The notes below the pieces were generated by a model. The model was not told the origin of the DNA, searched no databases, and was given only the letters and a program-made list of their open reading frames with translations. A stretch of DNA of 43,844 nucleotides from an uncultured Candidatus Saccharibacteria bacterium (GTDB lineage Bacteria; Patescibacteriota; Minisyncoccia; Phycocordibacterales; UBA9973): contig CAZSEN010000001.1 in NCBI GenBank assembly GCA_964605995.1, positions 1 through 43,844 of the forward strand. Reading direction: 5' to 3'. This document shows positions 36,279-43,844 of the stretch, piece after piece. Both the position numbers and the translations under genes were made by a program. Numbering within the stretch: position 1 is the stretch's first letter; every line of letters begins with the position of its first letter.

Positions 36279-36693
36279 GCGGCCTAGAGTAATACTGCTT
36301 GTGCTCGAATGTTGTTTTTTTGTCGGTTGTGGAACTTCAAATTCTGATGTGTCATATGGAACGCAGGACACTGTGCGATTTCAGTATATCGACTGGGCAT
36401 GCGAGTGTGCCCAATGGGCAACATTAGAAGATATTCGTAAGTATGGCAACGACGTTAACACGGATTCATTGGACATAATGTCCGTATATCTTGAACCAGC
36501 AAATGATTCGGTTATTCTTCCTGATACAATAGGGTTCGCTAACGATGTTATTGAATTGTATGGGGATTATCTTCCGGAAAAGGGATTTCCCAGTAATAAA
36601 AGTCCGGGTGAGGGTGCGGAAAAGGCGCGGGTGTTTCGTTATTCAAACTTCCGGATTATTGAAAGCCATCATTACGAGACTATGAATTTCTAG
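36250..36693 (+). CDS. Lipoprotein (candidate immunity 2)
   Basis: Overlaps the upstream gene by 29 nt. Lipobox CCFFVGCGTS. Confidence 0.5.
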   Translation: MMEVKRLLSKRPRVILLVLECCFFVGCGTSNSDVSYGTQDTVRFQYIDWACECAQWATLEDIRKYGNDVNTDSLDIMSVYLEPANDSVILPDTIGFANDVIELYGDYLPEKGFPSNKSPGEGAEKARVFRYSNFRIIESHHYETMNF

Positions 36694-36717
36694 ATCGTAT
36701 AGAATCCGATGTGGTTA

Positions 36718-36972
36718 TTATTTATTCCCTGTATAGAAAAAATCCCTTAGTTCCTGCTCAGGAATAAACTGAATTAGTCGCTTGAAAATTGCATGCGACG
36801 TACCACGATCCAGCTTCTTATGCAACGGCACCGTCGTCACAAATGATTTCAGACCAGGCTTAAAGCGACCAAGATTCACATGGCTTCCTTTCCTCGATAT
36901 AACAAGTATGTCGTATCGTAAACAGAACCTAATCACTTCATTACCTGAAAGCGATCTCAGTTTGTTATGCAT
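36718..36972 (-). CDS. hicA: HicA-family mRNA interferase toxin
   Basis: LSGNEVIRFCLRYDILVISRKGSHVNLGR...TVPLHKKLDRGTSHAIFKRL matches the HicA pattern (GSH...P.H.....GT...I). Confidence 0.8.
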   Translation of the reverse strand: MHNKLRSLSGNEVIRFCLRYDILVISRKGSHVNLGRFKPGLKSFVTTVPLHKKLDRGTSHAIFKRLIQFIPEQELRDFFYTGNK

Positions 36973-37192
36973 GAGCCGAAAGCGGTAATTCGTAATTGAT
37001 CAGAATAGAAGGCGACTTGCCAATGGTCGGTTCATCAAACCCTGCATCTAAATGCAGTTCTGTAGCTTCTCGAATGTTCTTGAGCAAATCCTCGAGCGTC
37101 TTTGCTTGCGTAATGATTGCGTTGTCGAGCGCAGATGCAACGTAGTATCCATCCTGTCCCTCTTCAATTGAAAATTGAATGATGTTTCTCAT
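36965..37192 (-). CDS. hicB: HicB-family antitoxin (UPF0150-like)
   Basis: FSIEEGQDGYYVASALDNAIITQAKTLEDLLKNIREATELHL. Overlaps hicA by 8 nt. Confidence 0.75.
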   Translation of the reverse strand: MRNIIQFSIEEGQDGYYVASALDNAIITQAKTLEDLLKNIREATELHLDAGFDEPTIGKSPSILINYELPLSAHA

Positions 37193-37508
37193 GAGAGAAC
37201 TATACCATCATGTAGTGCGAAAGTCCATTTGAACTATCATATGTAGATCAAGAAAAACTCAAGAAATGAGCTTGACAAAAATTACTTTATCTGCTAGAGT
37301 AATGTTGGTCGTTTATAAAGTTTAATAATACCCACTGTCCCCGAAAGGGGATCAGCCGAAAGGCTCGATGGAACTTTGGGTTTGTATTATAGCGAAGTTT
37401 CGTGAGAGGATGTGAACGCACATCAATATAGAAACCATCGTTCTTTCTATAAAGAAAGGAACGACTAATGCAAACACCCACTGATTCCATCGGTGGGTGT
37501 TTGCATTT

Positions 37509-38474
37509 ATGAAGTTAAACGAAGCAATAACCAAATTCGAAGAATACTACAAACTGAGAGTGAAGGGTGGAACAATCCGGGGCTATGCACTTGACCTGCG
37601 CCAGCTCTGTCTTTTTCTGCGCAATCCGGCCATTGAGAACGTCCAGGACGAGGATATCATATCGTACTTGAACGGAATGCTCGAATGCGGATGGAATCAG
37701 AATGCACTTATGCCTAAAAGTATTGCATTTCGAAAGTTTTTCCAGTATCTGTCACTGAAAGGATATCGCGTTCTTAACTATCAACTCATCCCGATTATTA
37801 AGAAGCATTTCGTACTTCCGCACGTTGCGGAAAAATGGGAGTACGAGAAGATTATGGAATTCTTTTCTGTCGACTCAAAAGAAAAACATATTATTCGTAA
37901 CCGCGCGATAACGAGTCTCATTTATGATTCTGGTGCCCGTGTCGGCGAAATTGTTGCACTCAATATTGAAGACATTGATCTTGAAAATAAGAGGGCGGTG
38001 ATAAAAACCGAAAAATCTCGCGGCAAAGCCCCGGCGCGACAGATATTCTGGGAAGATGAGACAAACGAAAATCTTAAAAAGTGGTTAGCCGTCAGAGCAG
38101 AGATTTCCGGTTATGTCGATTTTCCAGAGCCGGATGCATTGTTCGTTGGTGTGAGATGCTGGCAGATCGGAAAGCGTTTGACCAATAGCGCCGTTGGTAT
38201 CTTCCTTCGTCACGCATCCCGAAAAATTGGCCTCAAGCGCGTTATGAATCCACACTCGTTGAGACACCTCAAAGGCAACGACATGGCAGAAATGAATACT
38301 AACGAGTTCGTAATCTCTCAGATCCTTGGACACTCTCAAGTTTCAAGTTCGAGAATCTATACACTGCTGAAATCTCCCGTTCTGGAAAAAGCGGCACGAC
38401 GCATTAATGAAAACCGACAGATGCTGCGTTCACCTTTCCAATTGACAACCGAATCGAAGGTGGCGAATGGATAG
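37509..38474 (+). CDS. Xer-like tyrosine recombinase / integrase
   Basis: N-terminal SAM-like domain (GYALDLRQLCLFL), DSGARVGEIVALNIEDID (Arg), NPHSLRHLKG (HxxR) and ILGHSQVSSSRIYT (His...Tyr). ATG 37509; the track gives GTG 37497. Confidence 0.85.
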   Translation: MKLNEAITKFEEYYKLRVKGGTIRGYALDLRQLCLFLRNPAIENVQDEDIISYLNGMLECGWNQNALMPKSIAFRKFFQYLSLKGYRVLNYQLIPIIKKHFVLPHVAEKWEYEKIMEFFSVDSKEKHIIRNRAITSLIYDSGARVGEIVALNIEDIDLENKRAVIKTEKSRGKAPARQIFWEDETNENLKKWLAVRAEISGYVDFPEPDALFVGVRCWQIGKRLTNSAVGIFLRHASRKIGLKRVMNPHSLRHLKGNDMAEMNTNEFVISQILGHSQVSSSRIYTLLKSPVLEKAARRINENRQMLRSPFQLTTESKVANG

Positions 38475-38616
38475 TGGTTGGTGTTTCTGCTCGTCATGTG
38501 ATACAATGACCTTGTACTGGATTCTTGACACATCGAACATAAACACTAGCGTTGAGAGATAGTCTCTCAATCCGCCGGTTATCTCAACTATCATTTACGC
38601 TCTGCACCAACAAGTA

Positions 38617-38666
38617 TTGCAAATGGTGCAAGGCGCAGAAGCCTCATAAAGAGGCGAAGAAATAAA
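38617..38666 (+). repeat. Direct repeat copy 2 (attR-like), an orphan rpmG 3' end
   Basis: ttgcaaatggtgCaaggcgcagaagcctcataaagaggcgaaGaaAtaaa. It still encodes ...CKWCKAQKPHKEAKK* but has no 5' part. Confidence 0.75.
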
Positions 38667-38667
38667 A

Positions 38668-38694
38668 GAAAACCCCGAAAGGGGTTTTCTTTTT
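38668..38694 (+). terminator. Rho-independent terminator after the orphan rpmG 3' end
   Basis: gaaaacccc-gaaa-ggggttttc followed by ttttt. Confidence 0.65.
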
Positions 38695-38746
38695 GAGTCA
38701 TGATCATTTTCATAAAGCTCTTTACATTTTAAATTAATATGTTAGT

Positions 38747-39322
38747 ATGTTTCCGGAAATGTTATTTCACAAAAACCATAAACCGATGCAGAAAACCATG
38801 CCGCCGAAAGCTTTCAACGCAAAGCCGATTATTACTGTTATGCTTCAGTCGACTCTTGAATTTGAGGTTGAAGAATTCTTCAATGAAAATTCAGGCAGTT
38901 TTTTTAATAAAATCGATAGGGATATCGCGCATTTCCCCAAGGCCATAGAAAAATCTCCGGCTCTGGAAATTGCAATTATTGATCTGCCTGAAGATGAAAC
39001 AGTGACTGAAGAACAAGTTTTTTACTTTTCCAGGACCAAGCCGTATTACTGGAAAAATAAAGTGAAAATTGACCTTGCTCATGTGGCGCAAATTTGCCAG
39101 ATGAGGGTAATAAAAGGAGAGAGCGATGAGAATGGCGAACTTTCGTTGAAGCCGAATTATCCGAATTTGTTTTTCATGTATGACGAACACCATAATCGTT
39201 ATTTGGTTGAAATTTGGAATGACGGAGCTCACTGGAATTTGAGCATCAGTGTTTATATGCCAGCCGGCAAACTGAAGCCTGGCAGCCGGATTTTCTTCAT
39301 TGAATTAAAAAAGAAGAAATAA
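38747..39322 (+). CDS. Hypothetical protein (191 aa)
   Basis: ORF track; followed by a strong terminator. Confidence 0.5.
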   Translation: MFPEMLFHKNHKPMQKTMPPKAFNAKPIITVMLQSTLEFEVEEFFNENSGSFFNKIDRDIAHFPKAIEKSPALEIAIIDLPEDETVTEEQVFYFSRTKPYYWKNKVKIDLAHVAQICQMRVIKGESDENGELSLKPNYPNLFFMYDEHHNRYLVEIWNDGAHWNLSISVYMPAGKLKPGSRIFFIELKKKK

Positions 39323-39328
39323 ATTTTC

Positions 39329-39361
39329 AAGACCTTTGCGTTTATCGCAAAGGTCTTTTTT
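39329..39361 (+). terminator. Rho-independent terminator
   Basis: aagacctttgcg-tttat-cgcaaaggtctt followed by tttt. Confidence 0.65.
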
Positions 39362-39368
39362 ATGATTG

Positions 39369-39439
39369 CGGGAGGTGGAGGAATCGAACCCCCGACAGCG
39401 GTTTTGGAGACCGCAGTTATGCCATTTAACTAACCTCCC
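39369..39439 (-). tRNA. tRNA-Trp (anticodon CCA)
   Basis: Folded by hand: acceptor gggaggt/acctccc, D-arm gtta-aatggca-taac, anticodon arm gcggt-ctCCAaa-accgc, T-arm ggggg-ttcgatt-cctcc. 71 nt with no encoded CCA. Confidence 0.85.
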
Positions 39440-39468
39440 ATACGGCTCGAGTATACTACAATGCAGCT

Positions 39469-40368
39469 TTATTTCAAAAAATTTTTAACTGAATGATTGA
39501 TTTTTCTCAAATCCTTCTTGTGCTTCGGATTGAACCACTGTATTCTGCTGTCTTTTTTGAACCATGTATCCTGTCGTTTGGCATATCTCCAGATTTCAGT
39601 TGAAAGTTTCTCAACCATCTCTTTCTTCGTGATCTTCTTTTGAAGATAGAGCGCCTCGTATTTATATTCAAGGCCGAGCGCCTCCATCCGTTTCCATGAT
39701 AATCCTTTAATATGAAGCCTCTTTGCTTCTCGAAGCATTCCATCTCTAATTCTTTCAATGAGCCTGGCATTTATTTTTTGTTTAAAAAATTTTTCAGGTA
39801 ATTTCAATCCTATTTGGAGAACTTCATAATTTTTCACAGCCTTTTTTATAGCAGGAACGCTGCCCAGTTTTTTTGCAATTTCAATCGCTCGGATCAAACG
39901 TACTTTATTGTGCCGGTCGATTTCATGAGCTCTTCTTGGATCAATTTTTTTCAATATCTTGAAAAGCTCCCCAGCTGATTTTTTCTCAAGCTGTTTTCGG
40001 AGTTTTTCATTGGGTTTCACTTCCGGATAGGAAATATTGTCGACGACTGCATGGATATAAAACCCGGTACCTCCGCAAAGAATCGGGAGTTTTCCCTTTT
40101 TTAAAATCTCTTGTATTTTTTCATCAGCCAGTTTTTTGAAATCTGAAACATTAAAAATTCGTTTCGGGTCTGCGACATCAAGCAAATGATGGGGAATGCC
40201 GGACATTTCTTTTCTGGTCACTTTGCCAGTTCCAAGATTGAGTCCTTTATAGACTTGTCGCGAGTCGGCAGAAACAACTTCACCTTCGAATTTCTTGGCG
40301 ATTTCTATGGCAAGCCCGCTTTTACCGGTCGCTGTTTGGCCGACTATGGCTATTAGTTTGGGTTTCAT
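39469..40368 (-). CDS. miaA: tRNA dimethylallyltransferase
   Basis: MKPKLIAIVGQTATGKSGLAIEIAK...VSADSRQVYKGLNLGTGK. Start is set at ATG 40368; the longer track ORF runs into the tRNA-Leu gene. Confidence 0.9.
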   Translation of the reverse strand: MKPKLIAIVGQTATGKSGLAIEIAKKFEGEVVSADSRQVYKGLNLGTGKVTRKEMSGIPHHLLDVADPKRIFNVSDFKKLADEKIQEILKKGKLPILCGGTGFYIHAVVDNISYPEVKPNEKLRKQLEKKSAGELFKILKKIDPRRAHEIDRHNKVRLIRAIEIAKKLGSVPAIKKAVKNYEVLQIGLKLPEKFFKQKINARLIERIRDGMLREAKRLHIKGLSWKRMEALGLEYKYEALYLQKKITKKEMVEKLSTEIWRYAKRQDTWFKKDSRIQWFNPKHKKDLRKINHSVKNFLK

Positions 40369-40393
40369 AATTAATGAATAGAGTAGCAGAAAA

Positions 40394-40424
40394 TAAAAAA
40401 CCGCGCTATGCTGCGCGGTTTTTC
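40394..40424. terminator. Bidirectional hairpin between tRNA-Leu and miaA
   Basis: aaaaaaa-aaccgcgc-tatgct-gcgcggtt-tttc. Confidence 0.5.
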
Positions 40425-40427
40425 TTG

Positions 40428-40509
40428 TGCCCGAGGAGAGAATCGAACTCTCACATCTTTCGATACACGATTTTGAGTCGTGCGCGTCTACCAATTCCGC
40501 CACTCGGGC
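40428..40509 (-). tRNA. tRNA-Leu (anticodon CAA)
   Basis: The minus strand reads gcccgagtggcggaattggtagacgcg...cacga-ctCAAaa-tcgtg, then a long variable arm, T-arm gagag-ttcgatt-ctctc and acceptor ctcgggc-a. Confidence 0.85.
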
Positions 40510-40585
40510 AATTTAAACACAAGAAAAGTATAGTGCAATTTATGATAAAAATCAATAAAATTGCAGAATTTCGGCAAAAGAAAAA

Positions 40586-41578
40586 ATGTATGATAAAATA
40601 TCCTACATGTCCCAACTCTACAGTGATTCAATATTTTGGATAGAGGTTGAAAAAATAAAGCCCAATCCATATCAGCCTCGGCGCGATTTTGACGAAGCTA
40701 AGCTTCGCGATTTGGCCGATTCGGTCCGCCAATACGGAGTGTTGCAGCCATTGGTTGTCTCTAGAATTGAAGTCGAAAAGCCTGACGGCGGACTCGCTGT
40801 TGAATATGAGCTTATTGCGGGAGAAAGACGTTTGCGCGCTTCTCGGGTCGCTGGACTTTCTCAAGTTCCTGCAATTATCCGCCAGGGCGATGACTCGATG
40901 CTCAAGCTTGAGCTTGCCATCATTGAAAACATCCAAAGAGAAGATTTGAACGCAGTCGATCGTGCTCGAGCATTTGCCCGCTTGGCAGAAGAATTTAAAT
41001 TCACCCACGCGCAAATTGGTGTAAAGGTTGGCAAAAGCCGTGAATATGTTTCAAACACGCTTCGCCTTCTTATGTTGCCTGAAGAAGTCCTTCAGGCACT
41101 TTCTGCTGGTAAAATTAGTGAGGGTCATACGAGGCCGATTATGATGTTGAATGACCGTCCGGAAGAGCAGATGACTTTGTTTAAAGAAATTCTCTTCAAG
41201 AAAATCACGGTCCGCGAAGCAGAGAGAATTGCGCGTCATATTGCATATGACAAAGTCAGAAAGAAAGACCTCGCGCCAGATCCTGAAATCATCGAAATCG
41301 AAGGCGTGCTCAAGGAAAAGCTTGGCACGCGGGTGAACATCGAGCGCAAAGAAACCGGCGGACATATCACGATCCATTTCTTTGACAATGCTGAACTCAA
41401 GCATATTATCGATGTGTTACAGGCGAAGCAGAGCGAGCTTGCCGCTCAAAAAGAAATTCCGATTCCCGAGCCTGTCACTGAAACCGGCGCACCGATTGAT
41501 GATCGTCCAAAAGAAGAAATACAAAAAGAGGAGGACTCCGACGAAGATCTTTATAACATCAAAAATTTCTCGATCTAA
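40586..41578 (+). CDS. parB: Chromosome partitioning protein ParB/Spo0J
   Basis: IKPNPYQPRRDFDEAKLRDLADSVRQYGVLQPLVV...LIAGERRLRASRVAG...IIENIQREDLN. ATG 40607 is an alternative start. Confidence 0.9.
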   Translation: MYDKISYMSQLYSDSIFWIEVEKIKPNPYQPRRDFDEAKLRDLADSVRQYGVLQPLVVSRIEVEKPDGGLAVEYELIAGERRLRASRVAGLSQVPAIIRQGDDSMLKLELAIIENIQREDLNAVDRARAFARLAEEFKFTHAQIGVKVGKSREYVSNTLRLLMLPEEVLQALSAGKISEGHTRPIMMLNDRPEEQMTLFKEILFKKITVREAERIARHIAYDKVRKKDLAPDPEIIEIEGVLKEKLGTRVNIERKETGGHITIHFFDNAELKHIIDVLQAKQSELAAQKEIPIPEPVTETGAPIDDRPKEEIQKEEDSDEDLYNIKNFSI

Positions 41579-41590
41579 TTCGATCCGCAG

Positions 41591-43027
41591 TTACTCCTTG
41601 TTGTTCAAATAGGAGCGTATATGCCTTCTTGCAAGAGTTGTTTTTGTGTATTCGAGCCATTTGTTCACCGGACGGCTTTTTTCCTTGGTGATGATCTCCA
41701 CGATATTTCCATTCGCTAGTTTAGTATCCAAAGAAACGAATTTTCCGTTTACTTTTGCGCCGAATGTATGATCTCCTATGTCAGAATGGATCGCATAGGC
41801 AAAATCAAGCGGGCATGATTCTTCCGGCAGATCAACGACATCTCCTTTGGGTGTAAGTATGAAAATCCTGTCTTTGAAAAAATCCATCTTCAAATGTTCC
41901 AAGAAATCTCCCGGCTCGGCGACTATCTTCTGAAGTTCTTTCAATTGCCCCATCCATTCGAATTTCTTATCAAGTGTTTTTCCATCTTTCTTTTCTACTC
42001 CTTCCTTGTAGGAAAAATGGGAAGCGATACCGTATTCCGATTCTTCGTCCATTTCCTCCGTTCTAATCTGTATTTCAGCAAGCCCTCCGCCGTGAGTCAG
42101 CACAGTCGTGTGAATGCTTTGATATCCGTTCGGCTTCGGAAAGGCGATATAATCTTTTATCCTTCCCGGGAGCGGCTTCCATATCGAATGAATGATCCCT
42201 AAAACTCGATAGCAATCTTCAATCGTCGGCACCACGACTCGAAGAGCGACAAAGTCATAAATTTTATCGATATCCATGTCGTATTTCAGAAGTTTTTTAT
42301 ACAAGCTGTATTTATGCTTTATCCGATATTCTATATTTGCATTCTTCAGTCCTATGTTATCAAGCTCTTCTTTCAGTTTTGAATATGCTTCCTCGAGGTG
42401 TTTCGGAGTGATGTTCGTTTTTTGCGCGAGCAGGCTCTCAACCATTTTATATTCTTCAGGATACGCATAAGGGAAAGCATAATCTTCAAGCTCTCCCTTC
42501 AATTTTCCCATTCCGAGACGGTTCGCAAGCGGCGCGTAGATTTCAATCGTCTCAAGCGCGATTCTCTGCCGCTTGTCTTCTCGGACATGCTCGAGCGTCT
42601 GCACATTGTGCAGCCTATCAGCGAGTTTTATGATCAGTACGCGCACGTCTTCCGCGACGGCGACGAAAAATTTCCTTAAACTCTCCACATGCCGTTCATG
42701 CCCCCGATATTTCAATTTTCCGAGTTTGGTGACGCCTTTCACTAAAAACAAGATATCTTTGCCGAATTCTTTTTCAACCGATTTTTCGGGCGTCGAGGTG
42801 TCTTCCAGAGTGTCATGAATCAGCCCAGCGATGATTGTTTTCGCATCCATTCCGAGCGCGGCGATATTTTTCGCGACATTGAAGACATGCGTAAAATACG
42901 GCTCACCGCTTTGGCGTTTCTGGCCTTTGTGCGCATGTTCGGCAAAGGCATGCGCTTTTTTTATAAGCGCCTTGTCTTTATCTGCGAGCGAGGGTATCAG
43001 CTTGAAAATTTCTTCGACATCGGTCAT
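41591..43027 (-). CDS. rel: RelA/SpoT-family (p)ppGpp synthetase/hydrolase, short form (HD + synthetase + TGS)
   Basis: HAHKGQKRQSGEPYFTHV...GLIHDTLEDT (HD); RIKDYIAFPKPNGYQSIHTTV (synthetase); FILTPKGDVVDLPEESCPLDFAYAIHSDIG (TGS). 478 aa with no ACT region. Confidence 0.85.
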   Translation of the reverse strand: MTDVEEIFKLIPSLADKDKALIKKAHAFAEHAHKGQKRQSGEPYFTHVFNVAKNIAALGMDAKTIIAGLIHDTLEDTSTPEKSVEKEFGKDILFLVKGVTKLGKLKYRGHERHVESLRKFFVAVAEDVRVLIIKLADRLHNVQTLEHVREDKRQRIALETIEIYAPLANRLGMGKLKGELEDYAFPYAYPEEYKMVESLLAQKTNITPKHLEEAYSKLKEELDNIGLKNANIEYRIKHKYSLYKKLLKYDMDIDKIYDFVALRVVVPTIEDCYRVLGIIHSIWKPLPGRIKDYIAFPKPNGYQSIHTTVLTHGGGLAEIQIRTEEMDEESEYGIASHFSYKEGVEKKDGKTLDKKFEWMGQLKELQKIVAEPGDFLEHLKMDFFKDRIFILTPKGDVVDLPEESCPLDFAYAIHSDIGDHTFGAKVNGKFVSLDTKLANGNIVEIITKEKSRPVNKWLEYTKTTLARRHIRSYLNNKE

Positions 43028-43286
43028 ATGATTATCTTAAGCTCAAAGGGAAGAAATTCAAAATGATTGACAAGAATTTCCTTTTTGATATCCTCTTTTT
43101 TGGAGCATTCTTGGAAGTTTCAGGCAAGCATTGATTGAGATATCAGTTGATGGCTTGACCGAAGAAAGGGGGTATGAACATGTAAGAATCGATCTCATTA
43201 AAAACGCGGCATGGAGTCGCGTTTTTTTCTTTTTTGAAATATAATAGATTGAAGAAGCGTTTGCTATTTGTAAAAATAATACGAAG

Positions 43287-43679
43287 ATGAAAAAATTATT
43301 GCCACCGATCCTTTTCGGTATTGCGCTTTTTTTCGTTCCGTTGTTGATTGATGAAAATGCGTATTGCATCAATATCGATAAGATTTTCCATTTCTTCGGC
43401 GGCGCGATTGTTGCATGGTTTTTTGCTAATTTCATTTCCACTGCCATTTGGGATTCAGGAAATCTGGAATGCGTCTTTTTTCTGATTACTCGAGTTTGTT
43501 TAGTCGGCATTGCATGGGAAATCTTGGAATACATCGCACCTGATCTTCGGCATGTGTTTTTCCTCTTCAAATTTTTTCAAGGCGGGGATATGGCTGACAC
43601 GATCGGCGATTTAGCTTTTGATATGTTGGGAGGATTCTTTTTTTCGACTCTGTATGTTCTGATTAAAAAAAGAAAATAA
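43287..43679 (+). CDS. Small integral membrane protein (VanZ-like?)
   Basis: Four hydrophobic segments. Preferred over the overlapping minus-strand ORF. Confidence 0.45.
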   Translation: MKKLLPPILFGIALFFVPLLIDENAYCINIDKIFHFFGGAIVAWFFANFISTAIWDSGNLECVFFLITRVCLVGIAWEILEYIAPDLRHVFFLFKFFQGGDMADTIGDLAFDMLGGFFFSTLYVLIKKRK

Positions 43680-43765
43680 AACATGGCCGCAAGCTATGCC
43701 TTTTATTATAGGCATGCTATAGTATTTCCAGTTTACATGTTATTTCACACACAAAACATGCTGTC

Positions 43766-43844
43766 ATGATAAAGAAAAACAAGAAATACGGCAAAAAGCA
43801 AACCTTTGAAGATTACGGTGCGGTTATGGTGAAGAAAGTCGCCA
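43766..43844 (+). CDS. 5' fragment of an ORF running off the window
   Basis: ATG at 43766, giving MIKKNKKYGKKQTFEDYGAVMVKKVA..., open to the end of the window. Confidence 0.25.
   Translation, partial: MIKKNKKYGKKQTFEDYGAVMVKKVA

Larger units (their letters stand above)
164..38616. mobile_element. Integrated mosaic mobilisable element (IME-like) inserted in the 3' end of rpmG
   Basis: Bounded by 50-bp direct repeats (114-163 and 38617-38666). Contains two tyrosine recombinases, a relaxase, a coupling protein, TA modules, defence genes and an IS. Base composition differs from the flanks in spot counts. Confidence 0.7.

Noticed and set aside
40369-40503. N-terminal 45-codon extension of the miaA ORF (MAELVDAHDSKSC...)
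   Set aside because: This stretch is the reverse translation of the tRNA-Leu(CAA) gene and the terminator hairpin. The canonical MiaA N-terminus with its P-loop starts at ATG 40368.
43058-43570. 170-aa minus-strand ORF
   Set aside because: It overlaps the plus-strand membrane-protein ORF, whose hydrophobic periodicity looks genuine. The minus-strand product is low-complexity and Lys/Ser-rich.
1-43844. CRISPR arrays, rRNA genes, retron or reverse-transcriptase loci, and prophage structural genes
   Set aside because: I found no regularly spaced direct repeats, no rRNA-like sequence, no YxDD-type reverse-transcriptase motif, and no capsid-, terminase- or portal-like ORFs.
1-43844. The island is purely an assembly chimera between two organisms
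   Set aside because: Provisionally rejected. The 50-bp rpmG 3'-end duplication, with only synonymous differences, and an integrase at the border are what genuine site-specific integration produces. This still needs read-level confirmation.

Overview
A mosaic integrative, mobilisable element of about 38.5 kb (about 164-38616) sits in the 3' end of the ribosomal protein L33 gene rpmG. The last 50 nt of rpmG (114-163) recur at 38617-38666 with three differences, all synonymous, and a Xer-like tyrosine recombinase gene abuts the right copy. To the right of the element is ordinary chromosomal DNA: a hypothetical gene, tRNA-Trp, miaA, tRNA-Leu(CAA), parB, a short rel/spoT homologue and a membrane protein.

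The element carries, in order:
- a RepO-like wHTH protein, an orphan Dam-class methyltransferase, a very acidic protein and a SymE-like toxin;
- a second, large tyrosine integrase next to what looks like an intact attP (a tRNA-Leu(UAA) 3'-half core flanked by TCCGCAC repeats);
- an AT-rich defence block: a PD-(D/E)xK nuclease gene, a large N6-adenine methyltransferase gene killed by an IS insertion and an in-frame TGA, and a three-gene DUF262 / AAA-DUF3696 / unknown system that resembles Menshen;
- a mobilisation block (T4 coupling protein, MobC-like protein, relaxase) with no mating-pore genes;
- an AT-rich microviridin-like ATP-grasp RiPP cluster (ChaN/TIKI-like protein, 83-aa Thr/Asp-rich precursor, GNAT, ATP-grasp);
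- envelope cargo (XRE regulator, beta-barrel OMP, lipoprotein, thioredoxin-fold protein);
- an uncharacterised five-gene module: a 594-aa protein with a Gly-rich linker and a Cys-packed tail, then two enzyme+lipoprotein pairs whose enzymes share an N-terminal FKNPWG...GG tag of about 27 aa. I consider this the best candidate for a new system;
- hicBA.

I saw no rRNA, CRISPR array or reverse transcriptase. All functional calls rest on motif recognition by eye, because no database search was possible. Start codons are often uncertain.
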